Positions 16,051 through 26,312 of a stretch of DNA of 38,359 nt are shown here, in pieces. Numbering within the stretch: position 1 is the stretch's first letter; every line of letters starts with the position of its first letter. This stretch comes from a virus (Duplodnaviria; Caudoviricetes), in the IMG/VR virus record IMGVR_UViG_3300020042_002598, positions 1 through 38,359 of that record, one strand, 5' to 3'. The position numbers and the translations under genes were made by a program. The notes below the pieces were generated by a model. That model was not told the origin of the DNA. It ran no database searches and saw only the letters and a list, made by a program, of their open reading frames with translations.

Positions 16051-17654
16051 TAGTTGACCTCTTTAAATGATTTACGATCTGGGCTAACCCATGCTTTATT
16101 ACCTGCAGCGTCTTTTTCAAATGTCCAATTGGGCCCCACGCCCGCTGGACGCAGCGCGGTGCCTGTAACAGATGATAGCGGCGGCACTTTAATTGCTTCG
16201 GTAGAAAGACCTGTTCCTTCAGTTGCCGATTTAGGTAGCTGCTTGGCGCGTTTGTTCCATGCTTCTGCACTGCGAGTAGCAGCTAGATGTTGAAGTCTAG
16301 CCAACTCTGTAAGTGTTTCTGGTTTAAAGTCAATTTTGCCGCCAGCAATACCTTGCAAGAATCTAAGATCTTTGTCCGTAAAGCCTTGCCCAGTACCCAA
16401 GTTAGCCGCCGAAATTGCATCCAAAGTGCTTTTACCTGTAGCGGCAATAAGCAACTCAGTATTGGCAATTTTTTCATCGTTGCTTGCGCCTAATACGTTT
16501 AAGCCCCGCGCAATGTTTAGCTTAATATCTGCGACAGGGCCGGTAAATATGTTGCCTTGGTTGACCAAATCAATAATTCGATTTGCGCTTGCGGCTAGTT
16601 CAGGCGCTTTTTCTGCCGCGCCCAATTTAGCATCATCGCGGTCAGCCAATTTTCCAGCAAATTGCTCACCGTATTTTTTCTCGGTGCTCATGGTAATAGT
16701 TGTTTTAGGCGTTGAGATAGCCTTAAAGTCGGCAAACGAACCTTGGTAATTGCCGCCTTCAGGTGTTTTTGCAAACTCAAAATTTTTCCGTAAATCGGTT
16801 GGCGTAACTTTTTCAGGCGCGGTAAAAATTGATCTACCAGCGCCGGTCACTAAATTTCCACCTACGGTATACAGTTTGCGGGATTCTTCCAATTCTTTGG
16901 TGAGCATTGCAATCTCAGCTTTTGCAGCAGGAACTCGTGGAAATTGATTTAGATAAATAATTCTTGCTTGTATGTCAGCAGGACTTCTGGCCGCAGGCGC
17001 ACCAAGTTGGTTGACCGATTCAGCGGGTGCAGCAGCAGGCGCTGGCGCTAATTGGTTAGCTACTGGCGCAGCGGGCGGCAATGCAACGCCTGGGGCGAGA
17101 AGATTTCTTGCGTCTACAAAAGGCGCGTTCGCTGTTACCGGTTTTGTTACACCCGCATTTTGGCTAGCCGCAAAATCTTCGTATGTAACACCTGCGGGCG
17201 CATTTTTTACGTAGTCCAGCTTCATCGCTTCATCTATTGATGACGCCCCTGTTGCTGTTTGTGATGTTGTTGGTATCGCCACAGGCGCGGCTGCAATAGA
17301 CGGTAGTGGTTGCCCACCACCCATATACGCTTTGCGTTCGTTAAACGCTAATCTCAACTCTTGAGCGTTCATGATGTGTTGTGGATCGCCTACCTCTAAG
17401 CCATATTCTTCGTAGCTGTTCAGCATGTCTTCTTCTGAACCAGATTTTTTTGCGGCTCTTGATTTTTGTATGAAGCTATCCAAGCCAGCTTGACGACGTC
17501 TGAAATCGCCAAGTTCTAGTTCAGCTTTTTGCTGTTGCAAACCACCCATAGACAACTGTTGTTGCGCCAACTGATTGCGTTGCGCTTCTTGTCTTCCAGC
17601 CATGATGTTGCCCGCAATATTGGCGGGCTGAAGTATTCCAAAATCAAGTGCCAT
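16050..17654 (-). CDS. DNA ejection protein (P22 gp20 position)
   Basis: Gln-rich N-terminus, Pro/Ala linker, synteny. Confidence 0.7.
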   Translation of the reverse strand: MALDFGILQPANIAGNIMAGRQEAQRNQLAQQQLSMGGLQQQKAELELGDFRRRQAGLDSFIQKSRAAKKSGSEEDMLNSYEEYGLEVGDPQHIMNAQELRLAFNERKAYMGGGQPLPSIAAAPVAIPTTSQTATGASSIDEAMKLDYVKNAPAGVTYEDFAASQNAGVTKPVTANAPFVDARNLLAPGVALPPAAPVANQLAPAPAAAPAESVNQLGAPAARSPADIQARIIYLNQFPRVPAAKAEIAMLTKELEESRKLYTVGGNLVTGAGRSIFTAPEKVTPTDLRKNFEFAKTPEGGNYQGSFADFKAISTPKTTITMSTEKKYGEQFAGKLADRDDAKLGAAEKAPELAASANRIIDLVNQGNIFTGPVADIKLNIARGLNVLGASNDEKIANTELLIAATGKSTLDAISAANLGTGQGFTDKDLRFLQGIAGGKIDFKPETLTELARLQHLAATRSAEAWNKRAKQLPKSATEGTGLSTEAIKVPPLSSVTGTALRPAGVGPNWTFEKDAAGNKAWVSPDRKSFKEVN

Positions 17655-17668
17655 GATGTGACCTTTTA

Positions 17669-18418
17669 TTAAGTGTAGTAGCCGCTGTATTGTTCAGGAC
17701 TTATGTTGTAACCGGCAGCCCCGCCACCGCCACCACCCCCACCAAACAAGCTACCAAAATTAGGGTTAGTCTGACCATACAGCTTGGCAATGTCGCCGTA
17801 AGACGATGCTCTAGCTTGTGATCCTGCCAACAACGCATTGCCTTGGTTAACACCTTGTTGCATGTAAGCATTGCCTACATTACCTGCCATGTTTGAACCG
17901 GCGGTGCCCAACGTCCCCGCAGAAGTTTGGCCTATACCTGACATAGCGGCTAGACGGTTGTAACCTGTAGACTCACGACTTACGTTGGCGTTGTATTTGT
18001 TCAACGCTCGGTTGTAGGCATTCCCATATTCTTGGCTGCCCATCTCTTGGCCGTAGCGTTGCGCGGCCTTTAAAGCGCCGCCTGAGATCAAACCACCACG
18101 GGCGGCAGCTTGACGATCAAGCGCCTGCTGACCTTCTTTCAATCGGAATGCGTAGCCAGGGTCTTGGTTTAGTTGAACTTGACCTGTAAATGCGGCAGGC
18201 ATTGCGTTGTATTGCTGCCGCATCTTAGCCAACGCATTAGTACCTGCCTCGTAATAAGGTTTTTGCAGTTCCAGTTGCTTTTCATACTGCTCACGTTGGA
18301 GTGCAACGGCGCGGTCAGAAGCTGCACCGGCGGTATCTGCGGCTGATCTAGCCGCGTCGCCTTGCATTTTGCCGCCGATTAAACTGATCGCTGCGGGGAC
18401 GATGAATGACCAAGGCAT
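17669..18418 (-). CDS. DNA ejection protein (P22 gp7-like)
   Basis: PYYEAGTNAL, DPGYAFRLKEGQQAL, AAARGGLISG. Gly/Ala/Gln-rich. Confidence 0.8.
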   Translation of the reverse strand: MPWSFIVPAAISLIGGKMQGDAARSAADTAGAASDRAVALQREQYEKQLELQKPYYEAGTNALAKMRQQYNAMPAAFTGQVQLNQDPGYAFRLKEGQQALDRQAAARGGLISGGALKAAQRYGQEMGSQEYGNAYNRALNKYNANVSRESTGYNRLAAMSGIGQTSAGTLGTAGSNMAGNVGNAYMQQGVNQGNALLAGSQARASSYGDIAKLYGQTNPNFGSLFGGGGGGGGAAGYNISPEQYSGYYT

Positions 18419-18421
18419 AAT

Positions 18422-18763
18422 TTACTCCTTCAGGCTTAACGCCAGTTCTTGCATTTCTTCTACGTTGCTGGGCACAATCAGCACTTCATCAACTTCGTTC
18501 TCATCTGTGCAGTCGGTGGCGTGTATACAGTACCAAACCACGTCTGTGAGCGATTTTACGCCGTGATGCTTACCTGCGGCAATAGTCAGGCAGGCAGGGG
18601 CATGAACGACCGATCTGACCCCATCCACAAGCAATTCAACCGACCCGCTGGCCAAGATGGACAGGTGGTCATGCTTGTGGGCGTGTTGCACCAAGACGTA
18701 CCCTGCTGGTATGCGGGTTTCTTTGGCGTACACACCCGCGCTGAAATGGTGGTGGATCATCAA
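18422..18763 (-). CDS. Cupin-fold protein
   Basis: HHFSAGVYAKE...HAHKHDHLSILASG...GKHH...CIH. Confidence 0.8.
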   Translation of the reverse strand: MMIHHHFSAGVYAKETRIPAGYVLVQHAHKHDHLSILASGSVELLVDGVRSVVHAPACLTIAAGKHHGVKSLTDVVWYCIHATDCTDENEVDEVLIVPSNVEEMQELALSLKE

Positions 18764-20293
18764 TTATTCCAAAAGAAGAATGTTGTTAGGTACGTATTGT
18801 GTCACCAGCCAGTTCGTGCCGTCAGACACCAAAGTCGTTTGGTCACCTGAGCTGGCCAACAGGATAGACGTTGCCGCCGCACCGCCGGTCAGCGGCACCA
18901 CGTTTGACGACGCTGACGCTACCGCTTGCGCTTGGTAGTTCTGAAACCTCAAAACCCGACCTGTCCAGCTTGAAGCTGTTGGCAAAGTCACCGTACAAGT
19001 CGAGCCAGTCTTGTTGTTGATCAGCCAGTTTTCGCTGGCCGCTACTGTAAAGTTGGCGGTTTTGGTGACAGGCGCACCGCCAGAAGCATTGATTACTGAC
19101 GCTGGGGTGACGTTTGTCCAGTAGCCTAATGAGGTGCTGTACTGAATCAAGTCAGTATTGGCTAATGTTCCAAACTGCACGTTGGAGTCTGTACCGCCAA
19201 GGGTAGAGCCTCGGATGATCTCAACGTGAAAAGACCCAGACCCACCCGCGCCTGCTTTAATTACATACCCAACTTGTATCTTAATGTTAGGGGCAACAGG
19301 TTCAACTTTGGTAGGATTACCAGTTACGGGGTTGTACCAAATGGCGTCGTCATCTGCCCAAGTTTCACCAAAAGCAGTGCCGTTGGTTGTAATGCCTCGC
19401 ACTGTCCCAAAAACAGTAGCTCGCCCAAAATCATTAAGAGCCAAAGATTCAGTAGCTACGCCAACAATCGAATTACTATCAGTAAGGCCAATAATCGTGG
19501 GGGCAAAGGTAATAACGCCGCTAGCTCCTACAACGCCTGTATGGTAAATAATTTGAAGGGGTGAATCTGTAATGGCAGCAGACGCTTTGCCATAAACTAA
19601 TATTTCTTCGCCAACTTGCTGGGTAATGTTGCCACCACCCATGCCCAAGTTCCAAGCGCCTGTAGAACCGTCGTACCACATACGACCCGCAGCCAAAGTT
19701 ACGGCTGACCCGTTACCCCAATCCAGATACGGCGTAGAACCATCAACAATGTACCCGCCAATGCTATTGCTCCAAATTGGAATCCCAGCACCCTGAGATT
19801 TAAGAAAATAGCCGGAAGTGCCTGCGGCAGTAAAACCATACGCCGTACCCGTGCCGTAGGCCACAGCGCCCGCCGTAGGGGCCGCAGAGCCGTTTGTGCC
19901 ACCATTGGCAATGGCCAAGATGCCTGCAAGGGTGACAGCGCCTGTGGTGGCTGTTGCTGGTGTCAAGCCGGTTGTACCACCGGAGAACGACAGCACACCC
20001 GTGTTGGCCAACGTGATGGTGCCGACACCATTGGTGACCGAAATGCCAGCACCAACACCAAGAGTATTTAAAGAATACCCTGTGCCGTTACCAATCAGCA
20101 ATTGGCCGTTGGTTGGTATGGTGTCTAACCCTGTGCCACCGCTTGTTACCGGCAGAATGCCCGTACCGCCCCCAGCAAAGTCGTACAGGCTGTAAAACCA
20201 CCGATACCACTCCCTTGACACCGCACCAGTGCGTTCGTCAATAATCGCTACCCGTGGGGGCGTGATCTGGGTGGCGTTCGGATTGGTTGCCAT
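18764..20293 (-). CDS. Tail needle/fibre-like protein
   Basis: Follows the gp10-like gene. REWYRWF N-terminus and Gly/Thr-rich GGTG/GGTN repeats. Confidence 0.7.
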   Translation of the reverse strand: MATNPNATQITPPRVAIIDERTGAVSREWYRWFYSLYDFAGGGTGILPVTSGGTGLDTIPTNGQLLIGNGTGYSLNTLGVGAGISVTNGVGTITLANTGVLSFSGGTTGLTPATATTGAVTLAGILAIANGGTNGSAAPTAGAVAYGTGTAYGFTAAGTSGYFLKSQGAGIPIWSNSIGGYIVDGSTPYLDWGNGSAVTLAAGRMWYDGSTGAWNLGMGGGNITQQVGEEILVYGKASAAITDSPLQIIYHTGVVGASGVITFAPTIIGLTDSNSIVGVATESLALNDFGRATVFGTVRGITTNGTAFGETWADDDAIWYNPVTGNPTKVEPVAPNIKIQVGYVIKAGAGGSGSFHVEIIRGSTLGGTDSNVQFGTLANTDLIQYSTSLGYWTNVTPASVINASGGAPVTKTANFTVAASENWLINNKTGSTCTVTLPTASSWTGRVLRFQNYQAQAVASASSNVVPLTGGAAATSILLASSGDQTTLVSDGTNWLVTQYVPNNILLLE

Positions 20294-20295
20294 AG

Positions 20296-21939
20296 TTAGG
20301 CATTGGTCGGGCTTATAATTAGTTCTGCCCCCATGATGGCTATCTTATTGGGGTCAGTGCCTGAAAGTTCGTACACACGGTCGCGCAGCTTAAGCGTCAT
20401 ACCCAACCGACGCCAGAAAGTTCGTTGGCCATAAGCACCAATTTTGCCTAGTGGTGACCAATGCTCATTCGACCAAGTGTGACCGCCGTCATCTGACCAG
20501 CGCAACATGACCGCAGGGTCGTAGCCTGGTGCAGCAAGATATGAGTTAGTGACTAAGTTGTACCCAGTAATGTCGGTATCTGACAACTCGTATTGGCCTA
20601 AAGGTTCAAAACCATCCCCTGCTTCAGTGGTCAATGTAACGCCTGATTGAGTGGTCAAAAACGTCTGCACATATTCGGCCACAAGGTCTAACCCTGACTC
20701 AGTGTCGATGTTTTCGCTGTCATACGCAGGGTACAGGCTTAACCCAACGCCTGCTTCGCAATCCAATTGCAAGCTGTGGTGCGCTGTGCGTTTGAGGTTA
20801 TTTTGGCCAGTCGGCAGCGCGCGCCATGAGCGCAGCCACTTTTGGACGCCGCCGTTGTCAGCGTAGATGTCCAAGTCAAACCTATAGATGTTGCCGTTTT
20901 CAAAGTCGCCAACAATAATGTTGCCGCCAAAGTTGCACTGGCAATTGCTGCGGTGCCGCATAAACTCGCCGTTGTCAAAGCCTGCCCGTTCATGCCAGGC
21001 TTGTGTAGACACGTCGTAGACCCATGTGGCGTTGCCGCTTGGAAAACTCAGCACATAGAAAGCATGGCCTTCTTGCTGGTAGGTGTAGGCGATAGCGTCC
21101 GAGATGTTGCCATACTGAGCGATGGCGTACTCAATAGCGTGGGTGGAAATACGAACGCCGGTGTAGCCATTGGCGCGGTAGACGATGCCTTGGCCACGGG
21201 CATCGGTGCCCAGCCAAAACAAGCCGTTGTCCATCTTGGCAATGGTGAATGCCGACACGCAGCCGATCTCGTTAAAAGCGCCTTGGATGCGGGTCAAGGG
21301 GAAGTCAGCAGCTCCACTGTCGTACCAGACTTCAACTGAATCAGTACCAAACACCCACAGTTCGCGGTGATCGGAGATCAGACCAACCACGCCGTCGGGC
21401 GAGCCTTCGGCGCTTGCAAAGTCCAGCGGATCGACTGATTGTCCATCCAGCAATTGCGACACCCAGATGATCTGGCTGTCGGGCTGGTTGAATACAAAGT
21501 AACCATCAAGGTATGCAACCGTCACTGCACCGGCAAAGTCGGGGTCTGTGATTTGTGCAAATACGTTGGTGACTTCGTTATAGATGTAACTGGGGCCGTT
21601 GCAAGCAAAGAAGATTTGAGTGCCGTTGTCAGCGATAGACACGGGGCCGGTGCCCGACACGGTGCCAAGCAGCGTAGGTGTGGCCGTCAAACCGGTCAGT
21701 TTGTAGACTTCAACCCCAGACACGACATAGAAGTCGCTACCGTTGGTTTGATGCGCCCACAATGCGCGGATCGGGCCGGTGCCTACGGTTTGCAAGAAAT
21801 TAAGCCCTGGGGCGCGGTTAAGAAACCCTGCTTCTTTGCCGCCTTCGGGAATGACTTCAGGAAACAAGTTGACCATGCGGTTGTCCGCAGCGTTGATACT
21901 GCGAGCAACGTAGGCCGACCCAAGAATTGGCGTTTTCAT
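20296..21939 (-). CDS. P22 gp10-like tail hub / DNA stabilization protein
   Basis: FASAEGSPD, GTDSVEVW, TWVYD...WHER, LRWSDDGGHTWS. Start at 21939 in an ATGA overlap. Confidence 0.88.
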   Translation of the reverse strand: MKTPILGSAYVARSINAADNRMVNLFPEVIPEGGKEAGFLNRAPGLNFLQTVGTGPIRALWAHQTNGSDFYVVSGVEVYKLTGLTATPTLLGTVSGTGPVSIADNGTQIFFACNGPSYIYNEVTNVFAQITDPDFAGAVTVAYLDGYFVFNQPDSQIIWVSQLLDGQSVDPLDFASAEGSPDGVVGLISDHRELWVFGTDSVEVWYDSGAADFPLTRIQGAFNEIGCVSAFTIAKMDNGLFWLGTDARGQGIVYRANGYTGVRISTHAIEYAIAQYGNISDAIAYTYQQEGHAFYVLSFPSGNATWVYDVSTQAWHERAGFDNGEFMRHRSNCQCNFGGNIIVGDFENGNIYRFDLDIYADNGGVQKWLRSWRALPTGQNNLKRTAHHSLQLDCEAGVGLSLYPAYDSENIDTESGLDLVAEYVQTFLTTQSGVTLTTEAGDGFEPLGQYELSDTDITGYNLVTNSYLAAPGYDPAVMLRWSDDGGHTWSNEHWSPLGKIGAYGQRTFWRRLGMTLKLRDRVYELSGTDPNKIAIMGAELIISPTNA

Positions 21940-22592
21940 GCAATGTAACTTGGATACCACTTGGTTGTCGTAACGTCGTAAGTCATTGTTAATGCCTTAC
22001 TAACGACTGCTGTACCAGCCAGAGCAATATTGCCTGCTGTTGTCCATGTAAATACGCCAGTTGGAATCAATGTAATCGTACCCCCACCAGCAGAAATTGG
22101 ACTTGGTGCCGTGATAGTCACAACAGCTGTTGTTCCCGAAACAAAAGCAACCGGCGTTGTTGGGGCAATTGTTGTTGCGCTTGCAACCGTTGGTGCTGCC
22201 TCGCTTACTGCGTTAAAACTGCTCAACACAAGACTTGTGCCTGTAGCTGCACCAATGACCGGCGTCACTAGCGTCGGCGTTGTTGCAAATACAGCAGAGC
22301 CGGTGCCGGTTTCATCAGTCAAAGCAGTTCGCAAATTGGCGCTGCTTGGTGTTGCCAAGAATGTGGCAACACCTGTTCCCAAACCACTTATGCCAGTTGC
22401 AACAGGTAATCCTGTGCAGTTGGTCAACGCGCCGCTTTGTGGCGTCCCAAGCACGGGAGTTACCAAAGTTGAATTGGTAAACAATAGCGCATTGGTGACT
22501 TGTTTAGTCGTGCCCGATTGCACGATTGGCAAGACATCCGCAACGGCGGCAGCAGTTGCAACGGGGAGAGATGAAATTGCGATGGTGGCCAT
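21936..22592 (-). CDS. Short fibre / virion protein
   Basis: AGGA RBS. ISSLP...LPIVQSG N-terminus, TDETGTGSAVFAT repeat unit. Confidence 0.7.
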   Translation of the reverse strand: MATIAISSLPVATAAAVADVLPIVQSGTTKQVTNALLFTNSTLVTPVLGTPQSGALTNCTGLPVATGISGLGTGVATFLATPSSANLRTALTDETGTGSAVFATTPTLVTPVIGAATGTSLVLSSFNAVSEAAPTVASATTIAPTTPVAFVSGTTAVVTITAPSPISAGGGTITLIPTGVFTWTTAGNIALAGTAVVSKALTMTYDVTTTKWYPSYIA

Positions 22593-22593
22593 A

Positions 22594-23310
22594 TTAGTAG
22601 TTTCCTGCAAAAATGTTAAAGCGTTGACGGGATGACACGATAGCGTAAGGCATAGACATAATGTCATCAGGATTGTTGATGCGCTTGAGATTGCGCTTGG
22701 AAGTCATTGCAATCCGTTGGACTTGGGGGCTTGGCTCAACGCCAAACTCAGGCGCAAATTCCATTGCCAAGTTGTAGACAAACGCTCGCAAATAGCCTGG
22801 TGGGAACAGAATATTTGTCGCCAAATTGGCTGGCTGAGTCAGTTCTTCCACCGAAACAAAGTGCCATTCCAAGTCCCGTGTGGGTTGCGGGTAAACGGTC
22901 ATCGTAACGTCAGGGTAGGTCATGTTGACAAAAATGACCTGTGGATAAGTTGACGTTACGGTTTTAACAGCAATGCCGTCGTATTGCTGTTGGTTAATGA
23001 ATTTGATGCCGTAGGACACGTTGGTGCCTGCGTCGCGGTAGTAGGTAGCGTCATCCAGCAACACTGGGCGGTTGCCTACAAAGTTACCCGACGGGCCAAG
23101 GGTGCGAGTAATTTGACCAGCAGGCCAAGTAAATATTTGATCTTGGGTGCTAAAGACAGATAAACGCTCAGTATTCCATGAGTCAATCATCTGATTCAAC
23201 GCCATCAGCGCATCTTGAGATACGGACGCAGCCGGTGTCTCACCTTCGGCCAACACGCCAAGCAATCGTAATGCTCTATTGATTTGATCGCCAGCAGTGT
23301 AGATGGCCAT
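22594..23310 (-). CDS. P22 gp4-like head-tail adaptor
   Basis: TAGDQINRALRLLGVLAEGETP...LNQMIDSW, YNLAMEFAPEFG. Confidence 0.8.
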   Translation of the reverse strand: MAIYTAGDQINRALRLLGVLAEGETPAASVSQDALMALNQMIDSWNTERLSVFSTQDQIFTWPAGQITRTLGPSGNFVGNRPVLLDDATYYRDAGTNVSYGIKFINQQQYDGIAVKTVTSTYPQVIFVNMTYPDVTMTVYPQPTRDLEWHFVSVEELTQPANLATNILFPPGYLRAFVYNLAMEFAPEFGVEPSPQVQRIAMTSKRNLKRINNPDDIMSMPYAIVSSRQRFNIFAGNY

Positions 23311-23312
23311 GT

Positions 23313-23498
23313 TTATGCTCCTTGTTCGACCACCTCTGTTGGTCGGGTACGACGACGTTTGACTTCCAGTGGAGCCGCCTCAACAGGCGTGTCCAAAGTA
23401 TATCGCACCCAACCATTTTTTTCATCTTCTACGGCTTCAAGCTCCATAGTAGCAACCTTGGCACCGTGAACTTCATGAGACATGTAAATAACAGCCAT
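23313..23498 (-). CDS. Small hypothetical protein (61 aa)
   Basis: Follows the capsid-associated genes and abuts the gp4-like gene. Confidence 0.7.
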   Translation of the reverse strand: MAVIYMSHEVHGAKVATMELEAVEDEKNGWVRYTLDTPVEAAPLEVKRRRTRPTEVVEQGA

Positions 23499-23507
23499 AG
23501 TTTAAGA

Positions 23508-23526
23508 GGGGGCTGTTTAGGCCCCC
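23508..23526 (-). terminator. GC-rich hairpin, weak terminator
   Basis: GGGGGC...GCCCCC stem followed by TCTT on the - strand. Confidence 0.5.
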
Positions 23527-23533
23527 GTTTGGT

Positions 23534-23752
23534 TTAGGCAGTGATGCCGATGTTTTTCAACGCAGTACGAAGAGCATTGATGGCAGTTGCCAACTCAGTT
23601 CCCGTAGCAGTGTTGCTAACCGCAGTGATGGCCGCAGCTTGTGTAATTGGCGTGGTTCCGTAGAAGCCCGCAGTTCCACCAGTTTTGCCCATGATTGCGC
23701 CGTTTAGTTGCGCGTCTTCAAACGCGACGCCTACAGCAATAGTATTTGGCAT
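23534..23752 (-). CDS. Putative capsid decoration protein
   Basis: AAAGGA RBS. GFYGTTP...AINALRTALKNIG. Located after the coat gene. Confidence 0.65.
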   Translation of the reverse strand: MPNTIAVGVAFEDAQLNGAIMGKTGGTAGFYGTTPITQAAAITAVSNTATGTELATAINALRTALKNIGITA

Positions 23753-23766
23753 GATTTTTTTCCTTT

Positions 23767-23792
23767 AAAAATAAGGGCCGAAGCCCCTATTT
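23767..23792 (-). terminator. UUCG-tetraloop terminator
   Basis: AAATAGGGGC-TTCG-GCCCTTATTTTT on the - strand. Confidence 0.75.
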
Positions 23793-23796
23793 AGGT

Positions 23797-24219
23797 TTAA
23801 GCAATACGATACAAAGTGTATGCAGCGTCGCCTGTTTTGCGGAACATGAACTGCGCTGCGCCACCAACACCTGCCGCGCTGCCAGTAATAGCAACAACCA
23901 AGTTGCCAACCGCAGTGATGCCAGTTCCAACAGCCATCGTGATGAGGCCGGTGGAAGTGCCAAGGTTAATAACAGTCAAATTGAACGTGCTGCCAATTTT
24001 TGCGTTAGTTATGACCGCATCAATTGCGGTTGCCGTTGGCAAAGTGTACGTAGCAGCGGTTGTGGAGGGGTTACCCACCAACAAGTTGCCCGTAATTTGT
24101 GCAGCGGTCAGGGTTGCAGTTGCGGTTGCGGTCTGTTGAGCCGCTGTTGCATACAAGTCGATTTCGTTCAGGTTGCCGTCACCGACTTGGTATCCACCGC
24201 CAGAATTAGGTAATGCCAT
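23797..24219 (-). CDS. Putative capsid decoration/cement protein
   Basis: Thr/Ala-rich, immediately after the coat gene, AAAGGA RBS. Confidence 0.65.
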   Translation of the reverse strand: MALPNSGGGYQVGDGNLNEIDLYATAAQQTATATATLTAAQITGNLLVGNPSTTAATYTLPTATAIDAVITNAKIGSTFNLTVINLGTSTGLITMAVGTGITAVGNLVVAITGSAAGVGGAAQFMFRKTGDAAYTLYRIA

Positions 24220-24247
24220 GATAATTTTCCTTTAAAAAAGTTTCTGA

Positions 24248-25447
24248 TCAACCCCAGATGCGGCAAGCCATCTGTGGACGAATTGTGCTGAAGCCATACA
24301 GAACGTCGATACGGCAAGGCATACGGTCGTTGTTGATGTCGTACTGACGAACAACGCGCAAGCTGATACCGTTATGAACTGCGCGAGCAGCCATATCGAC
24401 ACCTTGGGGCAGCAACAAGTCGGCGGTCGCAAAAGTGATCGCATCTTTGTGGTAAACCAAGTTCTGGGGATACTGAGTGCTGGCTGTACCGACAAACACA
24501 ACGGCTTTGGCAGTAGCAGGCAAAGTCAACATGGTAGCCAGAGCATGAGCTGCTGAGTACATGGCCGCTACGGTAACAGTAGCAGTTGTGGTGGAAGTTG
24601 AAGAAGCCAAAGCCACAAACTGGAACAACGAACCTGTGGATTCACGGGTTTGTGGGTTCACAGCGTAGACATCAGCAATCGTAAACACGTCACCAACAGC
24701 AATCAGTTCACCAGAGCCAACAGTCAACGTGAGGGTAGAAGAACCTTCAGTTGTCACAGCAGCGCCAGTGGTATTGCCTGTAGCAATACGGGTGCCAGTG
24801 GTGTGTTGCTTGATTGACTGAGACATATTGACTTCATCAAAGCCTAACACGCCAGTGCCCATCATGCCGTTCTTAAACTGCTTGCTGATGGTGTCGGTGG
24901 GGTTAAACAAACCTTTCATGCCTTCGACCAAGCCAGCGTTAGCGGCGGGGTTGACGGTAGCGTAACGTGGTGACATCACAGCAGCGTTTTCGTTCAGCTT
25001 CTGCTGGGCTTGCAACAAAACCAAAGAAGTCGAAGGAGTGGTGCCTGGGGTGCCCACGGTGTTACCGATGGTTTTGTACGCATTAGCAACGTCAGCATCA
25101 ATGCTGGAAGCCAACTGGCTGATACGAGGCTTCAACACACGTTCTGCAAAGTCGTCCAATTGCATGGTCAATTCAGCAGATGTGAAGTTCACGCCGATGT
25201 GCTTTTGTGAAGCAACAGTCAAAGTGGTGAACTGTTCGTTGTCGTCCTGAACTTGCAGGGCGGCACCGTCAGTTACCAAAGCGCGGTCGGGTAAACGGAT
25301 ACGCAGTGTAGAACCGATCTTGGCACCTTCAACAGCAAAGCTGTCGTCGTACTGACGGTTCACGTTACGGGTGATCACCAGGTTGTTCTCAAGAATTTCG
25401 AGAGCTTTGCGGGTAATCATGTCAATCGTTAAGATACTATTAGCCAT
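24248..25447 (-). CDS. Major capsid protein, P22 coat family
   Basis: KIGSTLRIRLP, HKDAITFATADL, CRIDVLYG. Follows the scaffold gene. Confidence 0.93.
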   Translation of the reverse strand: MANSILTIDMITRKALEILENNLVITRNVNRQYDDSFAVEGAKIGSTLRIRLPDRALVTDGAALQVQDDNEQFTTLTVASQKHIGVNFTSAELTMQLDDFAERVLKPRISQLASSIDADVANAYKTIGNTVGTPGTTPSTSLVLLQAQQKLNENAAVMSPRYATVNPAANAGLVEGMKGLFNPTDTISKQFKNGMMGTGVLGFDEVNMSQSIKQHTTGTRIATGNTTGAAVTTEGSSTLTLTVGSGELIAVGDVFTIADVYAVNPQTRESTGSLFQFVALASSTSTTTATVTVAAMYSAAHALATMLTLPATAKAVVFVGTASTQYPQNLVYHKDAITFATADLLLPQGVDMAARAVHNGISLRVVRQYDINNDRMPCRIDVLYGFSTIRPQMACRIWG

Positions 25448-25470
25448 GAAAAAAGTCCTTTAAAAATTAT

Positions 25471-26262
25471 TTAGCGGTTGGCTTGTGCTTCCCACTTTTT
25501 TCGTTGTCTTACTCTTTCAGCTTCAATCCACTGCGAATCCGTCATGGTCTTGGTAGACCGTGGATCAGTAGTGTCATAGGCTGGGCCTCCAGTGGAGCGA
25601 GCGGTGACAGGCGAAATCGGTGCTGGCGCAGACGTGGTTCGTTTCACGGGAGGATCGTTGGCCATTTTGGCCTCAATTCTCCCAATTTCTTTGGCTTGCA
25701 CGATAGGCGAAAGACGAGAAATTCGATCTGCTTCCTTGGGGTTAGCACCGAGGTAGTAAGCTACTTCAGGGCCTATGTCCGAGGCTCGGATCGACTCAGC
25801 CATCACGTCAGTAATTGGAAGTTTCGGGTTGTAAGCGACTTGTTCAAAGTCATCATACTTAGACCGAGCTTCTTCTTCGCGTTCGTGATAAGACTCAATG
25901 ATTGCAGATTGCTGCCTTGCTTGTTCTCGCTGGGCGAGCAGTTGTTCAGCTTTCTGATAGGCCAATGCGTCTGCATAGGCTTCAGTGCTTTCAAACTGAT
26001 CGACTGACGGGATGGTTGCTGGCGCTCTCAGCGTCTGGGCTTCCGCTTGACGTTGAGTCTGCTCTCTTTCCCACTTACGTTGCTCTCTTGCAAGCCTTTT
26101 GCCAATTGCTGCATCAAGTTCTTCTTGGGTAAAAACCCGTGAAGGCTCTTTTGCTTCATCAGCGACTTCCGGCGCAGTTACATTTGCTTCAGGAGTGGCC
26201 GTCACTGCTGCTGCGGGCGCGGAGTCTACTTCCGCTAAGGGTTGTTGGACTTCTTCAGTCAT
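25471..26262 (-). CDS. Scaffolding protein
   Basis: Acidic coiled coil (FTQEELDAAIGKRLAREQRKWER) with a basic C-terminal helix, directly upstream of the coat gene. Confidence 0.85.
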   Translation of the reverse strand: MTEEVQQPLAEVDSAPAAAVTATPEANVTAPEVADEAKEPSRVFTQEELDAAIGKRLAREQRKWEREQTQRQAEAQTLRAPATIPSVDQFESTEAYADALAYQKAEQLLAQREQARQQSAIIESYHEREEEARSKYDDFEQVAYNPKLPITDVMAESIRASDIGPEVAYYLGANPKEADRISRLSPIVQAKEIGRIEAKMANDPPVKRTTSAPAPISPVTARSTGGPAYDTTDPRSTKTMTDSQWIEAERVRQRKKWEAQANR

Positions 26263-26312
26263 TTTTGAATCTCAATGATTCCCTGGTGATCGCACCAGTA
26301 CGGTTTTCAGCA

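Noticed and set aside
17714-17745. Poly-Gly-encoding CCG/CCA run
   Set aside because: Ordinary low-complexity tail of an ejection protein, not a regulatory repeat.
23581-23592. Additional GCAGTTGCC(A) copies at 23583 and ~6278
   Set aside because: They are inside coding sequence and antisense to the transcript, so likely chance. They do lower the significance of the motif somewhat.
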